A stretch of 64,000 nt of DNA from contig CM075991.1 of NCBI GenBank assembly GCA_038087875.1, positions 11,472,001 to 11,536,000 of the forward strand, written 5' to 3'. This document shows positions 11,823-24,040 of this stretch, one piece after another; the first letter of the stretch is position 1; each line of letters begins with the position of its first letter. A model generated the notes under the pieces. That model was not told the DNA's origin and searched no databases. It saw only the letters and a program-made list of their open reading frames with translations. A program made the translations under genes and the position numbers. Origin of the DNA: Malacoraja senta (taxonomy: Eukaryota).

Positions 11823-14275
11823 GCGTTTAAGGATGCTTGGGCCTGCCAAGGTGGTACAGGAGCCGAACCAACTGAAACGTCAAAGAGAATGTTTGTTTTT
11901 CGTCATCTTCCATGAATACATTTGCTTGTTAGTTATAAACCATATGGAAGGTGGGTTAAGAAGGATGTTTGATTGAGAGCTGAGAATTATTCAGCTGGGG
12001 AATGGAAAGCTTGCTCTGCCAATGTAACCCGTGCTCCAGAGGGGTGAGGCTGATTGCTCTATAGATGCCAGCCCTGGCAGGATGGGCCGAATGGGCCCAG
12101 TATGGTGCAGTAATGTGGGGTGCCTGCTGCAGAGAAGGAGAGGGGTGTGGGGTGGGGGGGTGGGTACCCGTGCTCTCCCCGCTCCCCCGACTGCCACATG
12201 TTGCTACTTAAGGTGCATAATATCGAGCTTTGGTTGTAGAAAACTAATGCCATGCTTTTAAAAATAAGGAAGTGGGTTTTATGCCTACACAGCCCTTATT
12301 AACAGAAGAGGCTGGATCTAAACTCTCCCTCCCCGATCAGGTGGAGATGGGATTACATCTGTGTAATGGAAACAGGAATTAAAGCCATTCTATAGCTTAG
12401 TGTATGATTACATGCTGGGATTTAAATGCCCAGTTCTGCTCTAATATGCTTTATTTAATTCCATATATATCAGCACTATCAATATTGTCCTTTTTCCTGG
12501 TTTGTTTTTATCCAAAGAGAAATTTGAGGAGTAAAATGTTTCGATACTAAACAACTGTTGTTGCTGTTGTATTATGCAATCATCTATTTTATAAGCCATG
12601 TATTTGTGATACTATTTATGTTGTGTATTTGCACATATCATTTCACACCAACCAGAGTTTCCACTGCTCCAGTCACGTCGCTGGTCGATAGCAACCATTC
12701 TGATGTTAAATGTTGTGACTGAATCCTTCAGAACCATCAAGCACAAAGATTCAAGACTCAATAGACGATAGGTGCAGGAGTAGGCCATTCGGCCCTTCGA
12801 GCCAGCACCGCCATTCAATGTGATCATGGCTGATCATCCCCAATCAGTACCCCGTTCCTGCCTTCTCCCCATATCCCCGCTATTTTGAAGAGCCCTATCT
12901 AGCTATCTCTTGAAAGCATCCAGAGAACCTGCCTCCACTGCCTTCATTGTTCTACTTCTCTTCAAATCATCATTTATATCTCTCGTTTCCCTTTCCTGTG
13001 ACCATTAGTCTGAAGAAGGGTCTCGACACGAGACGTCACCGATTCCTTCTCTCCAGAGATGCTGCCTGTCCCGCTGAGTTACTCCAGCTCTCCGCGTCCA
13101 TCTTCACATGAGATGCTGGCCTGCTTTGTTCCTGTTATCTGGCACTTTTGTCCATTTTGCTCTCTAAATGAGAGCATCGATCGAGCCGATGTGCAGGGTG
13201 GAAATGGTTTCCTGCATTAATCTCGAAGCATGGACCCGTTGCCGTGTTTGTTCCTCATGTGGCTGAATGTCAGCGGACACTTCCTGCACGCCAAGCGGAG
13301 ATCCCACTCCCTCTTGCAAGGGAGGTTTTGTACTGGAAAAAGTTCTTCAAAATGTTGAAAGATGTTGAGAGGGCAGAAATAGACAAGATGGTTTCACTCG
13401 TGAGAGGAATGCTGGGCCATGGCAGGATGGCCACTTCCATACTAGAGCGTTGGGTGTGGCATTAGATTCCACAATAAGGATTCAGGTTTTCTTCTTGTCG
13501 AGTCCACACACAAGATTAGAAGTTGCTCAGCCAGAGCTGAACTCACCTCTCGGCATCCGCATACAATGGTGTCTGTCTTGTGTATCGTGTGCGTGGTGGT
13601 GGAAAGATTGGTGGAAACAGGGCCGCGAGGTGAACGCTCTTTCCTTGACCCCTAGATTCAGGTAAAGAGATGCATTTGAAAGCAAGTGGGGCAAACACAA
13701 TGGAAGAGGTGGAATGGGGAGATTAAAGAGAGGAGAGAGGACATTCACATGAACCAGAAGCACAGGTCCACGGTTGGACTGAATGGCCTGGTTTGGTGCT
13801 ATAATCTCTGTATATTTCTGTGCAATATATTACACTACAGTATTCCCAACATCAGTACTTATTACTGAAAATATGTTTTATGGCCGACATCAAAGTATTA
13901 TTACCAGTTAGTATGAGTAGTATTTTAACATGCAACCGCTGACAGAGAGCATTCTTACTGGATTCAGTTAGTATTAGTGTTTGTAGACCATTATATTAAT
14001 GATAATGGCGGTGAAATAAAGTTATAAGCTGTTATATTGTGGTGAAGATATTGAAAATTGAACATAGCAAGATTTTGTTGTCAACTCTGTGTGATGAAAC
14101 GTTTGGTTGTCGAGGAACTTCAGTATTAGAGTAGGTTGCAATGCTATAAGTTGATTAGTTCTGCACATTAGTGGTGTCATGGATATGCCACAGTTATTAA
14201 TCTTGCTGCTCTGAGCAGGCAAGACAAGACTGGACCTCCGCACTTTCCATCACAATGTTAGGACCTGGTTTTAAT

Positions 14276-14668
14276 CAAAGATCCTATAGCAAGCAAGATA
14301 GTCCACTCGTCGAAAAAGACGTAGTACGGTCATGGGTAATTTTCGGCCCCATTTCCGTAACCGGCTTCCATCTCCGCACCAAAGATCCCATCACAGCGGA
14401 GCAAAGATAACTAGTGCGGGGACGGAAACCAGTTACGGAAACATCCTCGTAAAAATAAAAGTTCTTTGGTAAAAATCTTCTCATTTTCAGAATTTTAATT
14501 TATTAACACAAACTGTTCCCCCGCAACGTTGATTACACTGTGGGTCGGGTCGGGTTGGGTCACTGAAATGGATGAAAAAAAGGCCCACGTTCCGCTCCGT
14601 TGCGTACTACACATCAGCCCATTGCATTTAGCAAGAGTGGTCTATCTTGCTCCGCTAGAGGATCTTTG
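14276..14668. mobile_element. P-element-like non-autonomous DNA transposon (MITE)
   Basis: TIRs CAAAGATCCTATAGC..AGCAAGATAG / CTATCTTGCTCCGCTAGAGGATCTTTG with a perfect 8-bp TSD GTTTTAAT (14268-14275 and 14669-14676). Confidence 0.75.
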
Positions 14669-17411
14669 GTTTTAATCACTAGACTGATCAGTCAATGACA
14701 AAGAGGGTACACAAAAATGCTGGAGAAACTCAGCGGGTGCAGCAGCATCTAGGGAGCGAAGGAAATAGGTAACGTTTCGGGCCGAAACCCTTCCTCAGAC
14801 AAAGAGGTGTTGATGTTGGGTTGGAAACCCCCCTCTTACCTCAGTGGGACCTAGAGAGTTGATTTGAGGTCTGGATGGAACCAGGCTGCTGTTTGATGGG
14901 CCAGCCGTGGTGCCTGATCTCACCACCTTATCTCCAAGCAATCAGCTCACCTACTCTATCCATTTGTAGGCCCCCCTCGGTCATGACTGACCATGGGTGA
15001 TGCATCCTAGTTGTTGGCTGCTTGCTCCAACCCTTGGCTGGAGGAGCGCCACATGTGGCTGATGAGACCAATGCGGGAGTGGCAGTCTCTGTGGCAAAGG
15101 TCACATGTGTGTGTGTGTGTGGTCTCTGGTTTGTTGAAGTTGCCGCGCTCCTTTCTGCGCGCCCCGCGTTACTCCCGCTGCGTTCAACAGTTTCTCTTCC
15201 CCCATTTGGAGACGTTGGTTCAGGGTAACCTCTCCACCTCGTGCTGGACAGCTGCAAGGCTCTCCCAGGAATCCGACCCTGCCAGAACAATCTCCCCCCC
15301 ATCAGATAAAGTGCCAAATCCTCCCTGAATTGTGAGCAGGCCAGACCCCCCCCCCCTCTCACCCAGTGGCCCCCTCAATTGAGAGAAGGCAAAGTGACTG
15401 AGAAGCTTTGAAATCTCCCGTTGGTGTTGTTTATTGTGCAGTTGCAGAACGCAATCAATCGCTTAACTCGCTGACAGTATTTTGGCTGCATGTTTAGATC
15501 CAGAGTATTTTTTATGCTTTTGATATTCAGGTGCTTTATAAATTCAAAAGGATCATTTTGTCATGAAAAGCTATTTTAATAATAAATTATGGATACCAGC
15601 AATGGGTTTGCAAATCGTGTTTTCTTTGTTGATTTTGGCATGCATGTGTAATAAATAGAAATTATTCTGAAGGCGATATTGATCTGCATTGTCTGGGCAG
15701 GGGTGAGCTATCAGAATTGGTTTGGTTGCCTGAAAATAATTGTGGCAGAATTACCTGGACTTTGTACTACAAGTAAATGTCATTTGCTTTTCCCAGAAGA
15801 TCCCATGGCTTGGTTTGTTTAAGAAAGAATGGCAGATGTTGCCATTCTTGTGGTTTGGTTTGATTCAGTTAATGTCACGTGTATAAAGATTCATGCCCAT
15901 TTGACATTTCCATCCAGTAAAATCACACCGTACATGGTGTATCTGGGACAGTCCCACACCTCTGGTCAAGATCATGTAGAATGGCCGCGATTCGAGGCTT
16001 TATCAGTGTAGTTTAGTGATACAGCGCGGAAACAGGCCCTTCAGCCCGCGCCAACCAGCCAAGCCATCCCCGCACATTAACACTACCACACACACACACA
16101 CACACACACTAGGGACAATTTTACATTTACACAACACCAATTACCCTAAAACCTGTACTTCTTTGGTGTGTCGGAGGAAACCAAAGATCTTGGGGAAAAC
16201 CCAGGCAGGTCATGGGGAGAATGTACAAACTCTGTATAGACAGCACCTGTGGTCAGGATCGAACCCGGGTCTCTGGCGCTATAAGGCAATAGCTCTACCA
16301 CTGCGCCGCCCCTTATTGCTGCCAGTCAATAGACAACAGGTGCAGGAGTAGGCCATTCGGCCCTGCACTGACATGGGCTGCTGGCCCCAATTCATCTGGT
16401 GGTCAAAATCCAAACACCCAGGCACCCACCAAAGACCCTGGTGGGCAACCAGCTTCACTCCACTGTCCTACAGTCTTTCCAGCAAAGGCTTTGTATGTTT
16501 ACTGGGCCCAGGTGATGGTGTTTGGTGGATGAGAGATTTGCAAGCATCATTGGGGTGAAGATTCTGGTGGGCGTTGTAGCAAGTGGACAGTCTTGTCCAC
16601 CAGAGTCCTGGCCAAGTGCTGAGAGGGTCTGTGGGCCCCATTGGAGTTTAGCATCTGTAAATCATGGACCATGTGCCGTCCACCACCCCAGTCTGGTCTG
16701 TGTGAAACCAGCCATATTTTAGAAGTGAGCTCATCCATCTGTTGTTTCAGGGAGTATGACAAGTCGAAAATACAACGCCCCAACAACTCGTGAGACTGAT
16801 TCATACATTCCTGTCTCCGCACTTCTGCAGTTCGGAGGTTAGAGCCATTTGTATCTGCGGCCAATATTGGTGAAGAAGCTCCAAAGAAGAATGATACGTG
16901 GCCAAGACCGTGATCAAAGTGCTGAGAGAATTATAATAATAATAATAATAATCATTTTATTTACTGGCGCCTTTCTAAAACCCAAGGACACCTTACAATG
17001 CATAGAATCACAAAAAAAAAATAAAAAAAAAAATTAGAAGATAGACACAGAGTGCCGGAGTAACTCAGCAGGTCAGACAGCATCTCTGGAGAAAAGGAAT
17101 AGGTGACGTTTCAGGCCGAAACCCTTCTGAATTCTGAAGAAGAGTCTCCACCCCAAAACGTCACCCGTTCCTTCTCCCCAGCGATGCTGCCTGTCCCGCT
17201 GAGTTACTCCAGCTTTTTGTGTCTATCTTCGGTTTAAACCAGCATCTGCAGTTCCTTCCTACATTTTGTCTGAGGGAACGAGACATGGACGAGGAGTAAA
17301 TGGCTTGGAATAGTTCCAGAGGTTGGATTAGAGATGCAACACAACCCTGGCGAGGATCTGACGTCTGATGACTTGCTCCGTCTGCTGTTCACAGCCTAGA
17401 GCAAATGTGGC

Positions 17412-17506
17412 CTGTGTGTGTGTGTGTGTGTGTGTTTTTGTGTGAGTGTGTGTGTGTTTTTGTGTGTGTGTGTGAGTTTTTGTATGTTTTTGTGTGTGTG
17501 TGTGTG

Positions 17507-17544
<38 letters not shown>

Positions 17545-17548
17545 TGTG

Positions 17549-17582
<34 letters not shown>

Positions 17583-18008
17583 GTGTTTGTGTGTTGTGTG
17601 TGTGTGTGTGTGTGCGTTTTTGTGTGTGCGTTTTTGTGTGCGCGTTTGTGTGCGTGTGTGTTTGCGTGCGTGTGTTTGTGTGTGCGCGTGTGTTTGTGTG
17701 TGCGCGTGTGTTTGTGTGTGCGCGTGTGTTTGTGTGTGCGCGTGTGTTTGTGTGTGCGCGTGTGTTTGTGTGTGCGCGTGTGTTTTTGTGTGTGTGCGTG
17801 TGTGTTTTTGTGTGTGTGTGCGTGTGTGTTTTTGTGTGTGTGTGCGTGTGTGTTTTTGTGTGTGTGTGCGTGTGTGTTTTTGTGTGTGTGTGCGTGTGTG
17901 TTTTTGTGTGTGTGCGTGTGTGTTTTTGTGTGTGTGTGCGTGTGTTTTTTTTTGTGTGCGTGTGCGTGTGCGTGTGCGTGTGCGTGTGCGTGTGCGTGTG
18001 CGCGTGTG
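17412..18008. repeat. Compound (TG)n/(TGCGTG)n microsatellite
   Basis: Seen directly in the sequence. Confidence 0.95.
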
Positions 18009-20618
18009 ATAAATGCTATATTTGTCAACAAAACAAACACCACCAACATAGACGGTTCGGTTGGTGCCACCATACAAACGGCTTTGTATAGGAAGATGCT
18101 GGTTTAAACCGAAGATAGCCACGAAAAGCCGGATTAACTCAGCGGGTCAGACAGCATCTCCGGAGAGAAGGAATGGGTAACGTTTCTGGTCGAGACCTAT
18201 TCCTTTTCTCCAGAGATGCTCTATAAACTTCAAGACAATGCCAGTGTTTGACAACTGTTTGGGGCTCAGCCCCATGTTGATGCCTTGCTGCTTGTCGCTG
18301 GCAGCTCGTCTGAAGAATAGATTTTCACAGCCAGCCTTCCCCTGTTGCTATGGCGATGAAAGCCTTGATAAAAATAAACTCGGCTGCAATGTGCCACCAT
18401 CAATAATAAACCTCTCCGGTGTTTGTGAGCGTAGGCACATATTTTCACAAACCTCTGGATAATAAAAGTACCAGATTAAAGCGATTGGGAGCAGCTCTCT
18501 GCCTGGCTTCACCAGATTGATCCCTGGGATAGCGGGACCGTCATATGAGGAAAGATTGAAAAGACTAGGCTTGTATTCACTGGAGTTTAGAAGGATGAGG
18601 GGGGTTCTTATAGAAACATATAAAATTATAAAAGGACTGGACAAGCTGGATGCAGGAAAAATGTTCCCAATGTTGGGCGAGTCCAGAACCAGGGGCCACA
18701 GTCTTAGAATAAAGGGGAGGTCATTTAAGACTGAGGTGAGAAAAAACGTTTTCACCCAGAGAGTTGTGAATTTATGGAATTCCCTGCCACAGAGGGCAGT
18801 GGAGGCCAAGTCACTGGATGGATTTAAGAGAGAGTTAGATAGAGCTCTAGGGGCTGGTGGAGTCGAGGGATATGGGGAGAAGGCAGGCACGGGTTATTGA
18901 TAGGGGACGATCAGCCATGATGACAATGAATGGCGGTGCTGGCTCGAAGGGCCGAATGGCCTCCTCCTGCACCTATTTTCTATGTTTCCTTGTGACCCAC
19001 AAAAGCACGGGGAGATGAGATTAGTTGAACTTGGCATCAAGTTCAGTACAGACATCGTGGGCCGAAGGGCCTCTTCCTGCACCGTGCTGTTCTACATAGG
19101 AAGGAACTGCAGATGCTGGTTTAAGCCTCAGATGGAGACAAAAAGCTGGAGTAACTCAGTGGGTCAGACGGCATCTCTGGAGGAAAGGAATGGGTGACTT
19201 TTTTGGGTTCTGAAGAAGGGCCTCGACCCGAGACGTCACCCATTCCTTTGCTCCAGATATGCTGTCTGACCCACTGAGTTACTGCAGGTTTTGGTGTCTA
19301 TCTTCTATGCGCTCTGTGTTCTAACCCAACCATGCAGAACTAGTAAGCCCCTGGAAAACCAGCAACTGTGCTCTAAATATTACCAAGGTTCTTGGAATTG
19401 CATGGAAAGTGTGAAACATATGCAGAACCATACAGACCCGTGGACAGAGACACCAAGCATCAGGTCACTTGTAAGTTTATTGTTCATGCAGCTGAAACAC
19501 CGCTAAAAGCCAGTTAGTTTATACCGGAAAGGCCGTGAGTTGCAGAATGAGAATCTTTAACATTTTTTTAAAATTCAGCAGCTGAACTATTAAAGCTTCC
19601 AAACCGATACATCACATTGCGGAAATTCACACTGAAACCATGACCACGTCGTAGCAAGGAGAATGCATTAAAACTATCTGGCCACACGCCTTTCAACAAT
19701 GCTGCTATTCCTTTATAAAAAATGTAGTTTAGTTTAGATACAGCGCGGAAACAGGCCCTTCGGCCCACCGAGTCCGTGCCGACCAGCCGATCCCCGCACA
19801 TTAACACTATCCTACACACAATGTTTACATCTACCAAGCCAATATACCTACAAACCTGCACGTCTTTGCCGTGTGGGAGGAAACCGAAGATCTCGGCGAA
19901 AACCCGCGCAGGTCACGGGGAGAACGTACAGACTCCGTGCAGACAGTGCCCGTAGTCGGGATCGAACCCGGGTTTCCAGCGCTGCAAGGCAGCAACTCTA
20001 CCGCTGCGCCACCGTGCCGTGACCCTTGGAGTCAAATGAAAATCATTTCATCTGATTTGGGAGAAGATGGACAGTTGAGAGGAGGGAGTGAGAATAGGAT
20101 GGTTAATTAAAATGAAAGGTGACTGAAAGCTCAGGGTCAGCCTTTGGAAACAGACGCCCCTGCTGAGCAGCTTTAGGTCTATTTTAGTCAAGCGTACCCA
20201 GGTACGGTGAATAGCTTTGTTTCGCAGCGCTATCAGGTCAGATCAGATAACACAACGCATAACTTCAAACTCCAGTACAACAGGTAGAGCAAAGGGGAAG
20301 ATACAGATAGCAGAATGTAGTTCTCAGCGTTGTAGCGCATCAGTTCCAGGGACAAAGCCAATGTCTGCAATGTGGTAGAGGTGCCTTAGCTTGTGGAAGG
20401 ACCGTTCAGAAGTCACCTAATCGGAACCTCGTTTCTGTCCTGCAGAGGTTCTGGAGGGAAAAAAAAGTCAACTGGACATTGCCAATGGCATGTACATCCC
20501 TAATCACAGTGGGGTTCTGAAATCGGCCGCAGGGCACGTGTTCGGCCACTGGTACCGACAGGCCCAGCTCCTTAACAATGGACTGTGGCGGCACCAAACG
20601 TGGTGAATAAACAGTTGT

Positions 20619-20624
20619 TTTATT
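20619..20624 (-). terminator. Candidate poly(A) signal (AATAAA) of the prion-family gene
   Basis: TTTATT on + reads AATAAA on -, about 790 nt downstream of the stop codon, followed by T/GT-rich sequence on -. Confidence 0.5.
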
Positions 20625-21413
20625 CACATAATAGGTGGAAATACATAGACGTTTGGTCCTCTAACATAATGTCATTGTTGCTGCTGCTGCGGCTGAGCGT
20701 GGGTGTTGTCTACCTGTCGACTTGTGACCTCCAGGTGAGATCTGCTCAAGCACTAGGACACTACCCCTAAACCCATGACATCACGTGACAGCCCCCGCCT
20801 CACGAGGGCGGTGGAGGCAGGTTCTCTGGATGCTTTCAAGAGAGAGCTAGATAGGGCTCTTAAAAATAGCGGAGTCAGGGGATATGGGGAGAAGGCAGGA
20901 ACGGGGTACTGATTGGGGATGATCAGCCATGATCACATTGATGGCGGTGCTGGCTCGAAGGGCCAAATGGCCTACTCCTGCACCTATTGTCACCACTGAC
21001 GAAGGTTCGACTGTTGGTGGTCTGAACATAAGGTGATGCCACAGGGCATTACTTTGGGGTTAAAGCATTTAAAAAACAATGCTCCCAAAGAGTTGGAGAG
21101 GTTTGACCCAACTGGACTTGCGAAGCTTCTCTTGCCCGTGCAGTTGGTGGAGTTGGGAGTGAAGGCGATGGGGAACTTCTCAAAAGAGGTGCATATTCCG
21201 CTGGCAAGCTGCGCTGTCAAAGCTAGGAGTAGGTTAAATGGGCTGAACGGCCTTTGTGCAAGAGATCTGGGATGGGGTCCAGGGCATGGCAGTCTCAGTT
21301 GGACTGCATCACTACAGTGCAATGGGGTAACAGGATGAAATTCAGGGAAGCACAGAGGAGGTGGTTAGGAACGACGCCAGCCTTTGTTGGTCAGGCAGAC
21401 CCTGGCGACCAGG

Positions 21414-21791
21414 TTAAGCTGAAACACAAGGAGCCAGGAGGAACATTGAACTGACCAGCCACAGGCTGCCCAGTGGACTGACCACACCATTGCTCCAGGT
21501 GTCCACCCAGGTCCCGTTGATCTGCTGATAGCGGTTGTTCCGCAGGTGGCTCTCGGACCGGCCTCCACTGAGGACCGAGCCCAGGATCATCCCCCCCGCC
21601 AGTCCCCCCACCCCAGCCGCTGCGATCTTCGCCTTGTTGGACATTCCCTTCTTGGGCTTGTACCCGGTATTGGGCTTGTACCCGGATTGGGGCCGGCCAG
21701 AACTCTTCCAGCCGCCGGCCACAAGGAGGATGTCGCTCAGGGCCCCGGTGAGGATGAGAAGCACACAGGCAGAGACCATCTCCTGCCTCAT
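21414..21791 (-). CDS. Prion-family (PrP/Shadoo-like) GPI-anchored protein, 125 aa, single coding exon
   Basis: Kozak ccaccATG with a splice acceptor 10 nt upstream. Hydrophobic signal peptide, then GGW, two PxxGYK hexapeptides and basic KPKK. The Ala/Gly hydrophobic stretch KAKIAAAGVGGLAGGMILGSVLS resembles PrP [23 protein letters not shown]. One NGT sequon and a hydrophobic C-terminal GPI-signal-like tail follow. Confidence 0.85.
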   Translation of the reverse strand: MRQEMVSACVLLILTGALSDILLVAGGWKSSGRPQSGYKPNTGYKPKKGMSNKAKIAAAGVGGLAGGMILGSVLSGGRSESHLRNNRYQQINGTWVDTWSNGVVSPLGSLWLVSSMFLLAPCVSA

Positions 21792-23169
21792 GGTGGATTA
21801 TCTGGCCAAACCAAAAAGAGAGAGAAGTCAGGTTTCATTTACTTTATTACCATGTGTACCGAGGTACAGTGAAAAGCTTTTTTATTGAGTGGTATCAGAC
21901 TCATCGCCTTCAATCATAGAAACATAGAAAATAGGTGCAGGAAGAGGCCATTCGGCCCTTCGAGCCAGCACCACCATTCATTGTGATCATGGCTGTTCGT
22001 CCCCAATCAATAACCCGTGCCTGCCTTCTCCCCATATCCCTTGACTCCACTAGCCCCTAGAGCTCTATCTAACTCTCTCTTAAATCCATCCAGTGACTTG
22101 GCCTCCACTGCCCTCTGTGGCAGGGAATTCCACAAATTCACAACTCTCTGGGTGAAAATCAATTCATCCGATTCGGGAGAATCCGATTTCCTTTGAGTGT
22201 AGATCAGTTTTTTTTTTTTTAATATACAGTGCGGAAACAGTCCTTTCGGCCCACCGAGTCCGTGCCGACCAGCGACCCCCCGCACGTTAACACTATCCTA
22301 CACACATTAGAGACAATTTACACATACACCAAGCCAATTAACCTACACACCTGCATGTCTTTGGAGCGTGGGAGGGAGGAAACTGAAGATCTCGGAGAAA
22401 ACCCACGCAGGTCACTGGGAGAACGTACAAACTGCGTTCAGACAGCACCCGTAGTCGGGATCGAACCCGGGTCTGTGGCGCTGTAAGGCAGCAGCTCTAC
22501 CCGCTGTGCCACTGCGCCCACCGGTAGATCCTTTCATGAGATTTCCCCACATAGAAAGAAAAAATCTGGCGGCCCCACCATCAGGCTCCCAGCGCACAAC
22601 TCCAGAAAGGGAAAAGTGACAGTCTCTCTAGAATTAGACGGTCGCTTGGGATGCATAACGCCACGAAACTCTGGCTTCCACTCATAGAGCAACATGGGCC
22701 TCATGGTGATGTGGTGGAACATCCAAGGAGAACATCCACCATACAACATGTCCCAGCAAGGGAGAGAGGCAGCCATCCAGCTACGGTGGGGGAGGAATGC
22801 GACGTTTTGCATTTCAATTGTTGATTTCCCAAATCACGCCTCAATATATTCTGAAGAAGGGTCTCGACCTGAAACGTCACCCATTCCTTCTCACTAGAGA
22901 TGCTGCCTGTCCCACTGAGTTACTCCAGCTTTTTATGTTTATCTTCAATATATTAGCTGGTGGAGTCTTTCATAAGGAAACAGTAACCGGAAACGCATTG
23001 TGTTTAGAGGGTGTCCTTGTCCACCAGACTTAACATACAGCGAGAGATTAGGAACGCAAGTGTTTTTTTATTGCAAGATGGCTTGAGTACATGATGGGAG
23101 GTCTATTTTTCTTGCCGAGACCACATCTGGAATAGCCTGGCCATCCTGCCAGGAGGATCAATGAGGATT

Positions 23170-24040
23170 TATGAATAGGAATCACCTTTGACAGATCTGT
23201 TTGTGGTTGTAACTAGCAGAATTGAGAAGGGTTTACCACTTGATCTCATCCACTTGGACTTTCCCCCAGGGCTTGCAATAAAGGTGCCACATGTCTTTTT
23301 TGAACAAAGCTGGATACTTTTGAGAAGCTATACACTGGATGGGTTGAGAATTGGCGAATGGATAGCAAGCCAAGTATAAATAAACATGTTGTATTTTGAG
23401 TTGGGAGGCTGTGATTATTTGGGCTGCTCAAGGGATCAGTATCAAGGGCCATCTGTTCATAATCTATGTCAATGATGTCTAAATGTGTTGATGATACAAC
23501 GCTGGGTGACAATGTGGGCTATGAGGAGAAGGTAGCAGGGTATAGATAGGTCAAGTGAATGGTGGATGGCCAAGCTGGCAGACGGAATAATATGGAGAAA
23601 GATATATGGTCAACCATTCTAGAAAATATTATAGAAACAATTAATTTTTCAAATGGTAAGTATGGGAAACGCATTGTGTTTAGAGGTTGTCCTTGTCCAC
23701 CGGACTTAACATACAGCAAGAGATTTGGAACGCAAGTGTTTTTTATTGCAAGATGGCTTGAGTACATGATGAGAGGTCTATTTTTCTTGCCGAGACCACA
23801 TCTGGAATAGCCTGGCCATCCTGCCAGGAGGAGGATTGAGTGAGTGGGATCAAATAATTCCTGGACTGGTGGGTTTGTGACTGGGGAGGGCAGGCAGAAT
23901 GATCAGAGGTGGATCGATGCTGCAGGATAGACGCAGGACAGTGGCCTTCATGTCCGGGATGGCGTAGAATGGGGATGGCCATTCGGGCCAGAAAAGAGAT
24001 TTCTTCATCCAAAGGGCAGTGAATGGCAACACTAGGAACT
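23170..24040 (+). mobile_element. Old, degenerate CR1 RT fragment
   Basis: Decayed motifs DLIHLDF...KVPH, QGSV, SKCVDDTTLG and RPHLE. Confidence 0.55.

Noticed and set aside
10893..11849. Long His/Thr- or Cys/Val-rich ORFs (also 17328-18122 and 29567-30791)
   Set aside because: Translations of dinucleotide microsatellites that lack stop codons.
21414..21791. Assigning the symbol PRNP or SPRN to the prion-family ORF
   Set aside because: It lacks the PrP globular domain and the Shadoo RG repeats; orthology cannot be fixed without phylogeny and synteny analysis.
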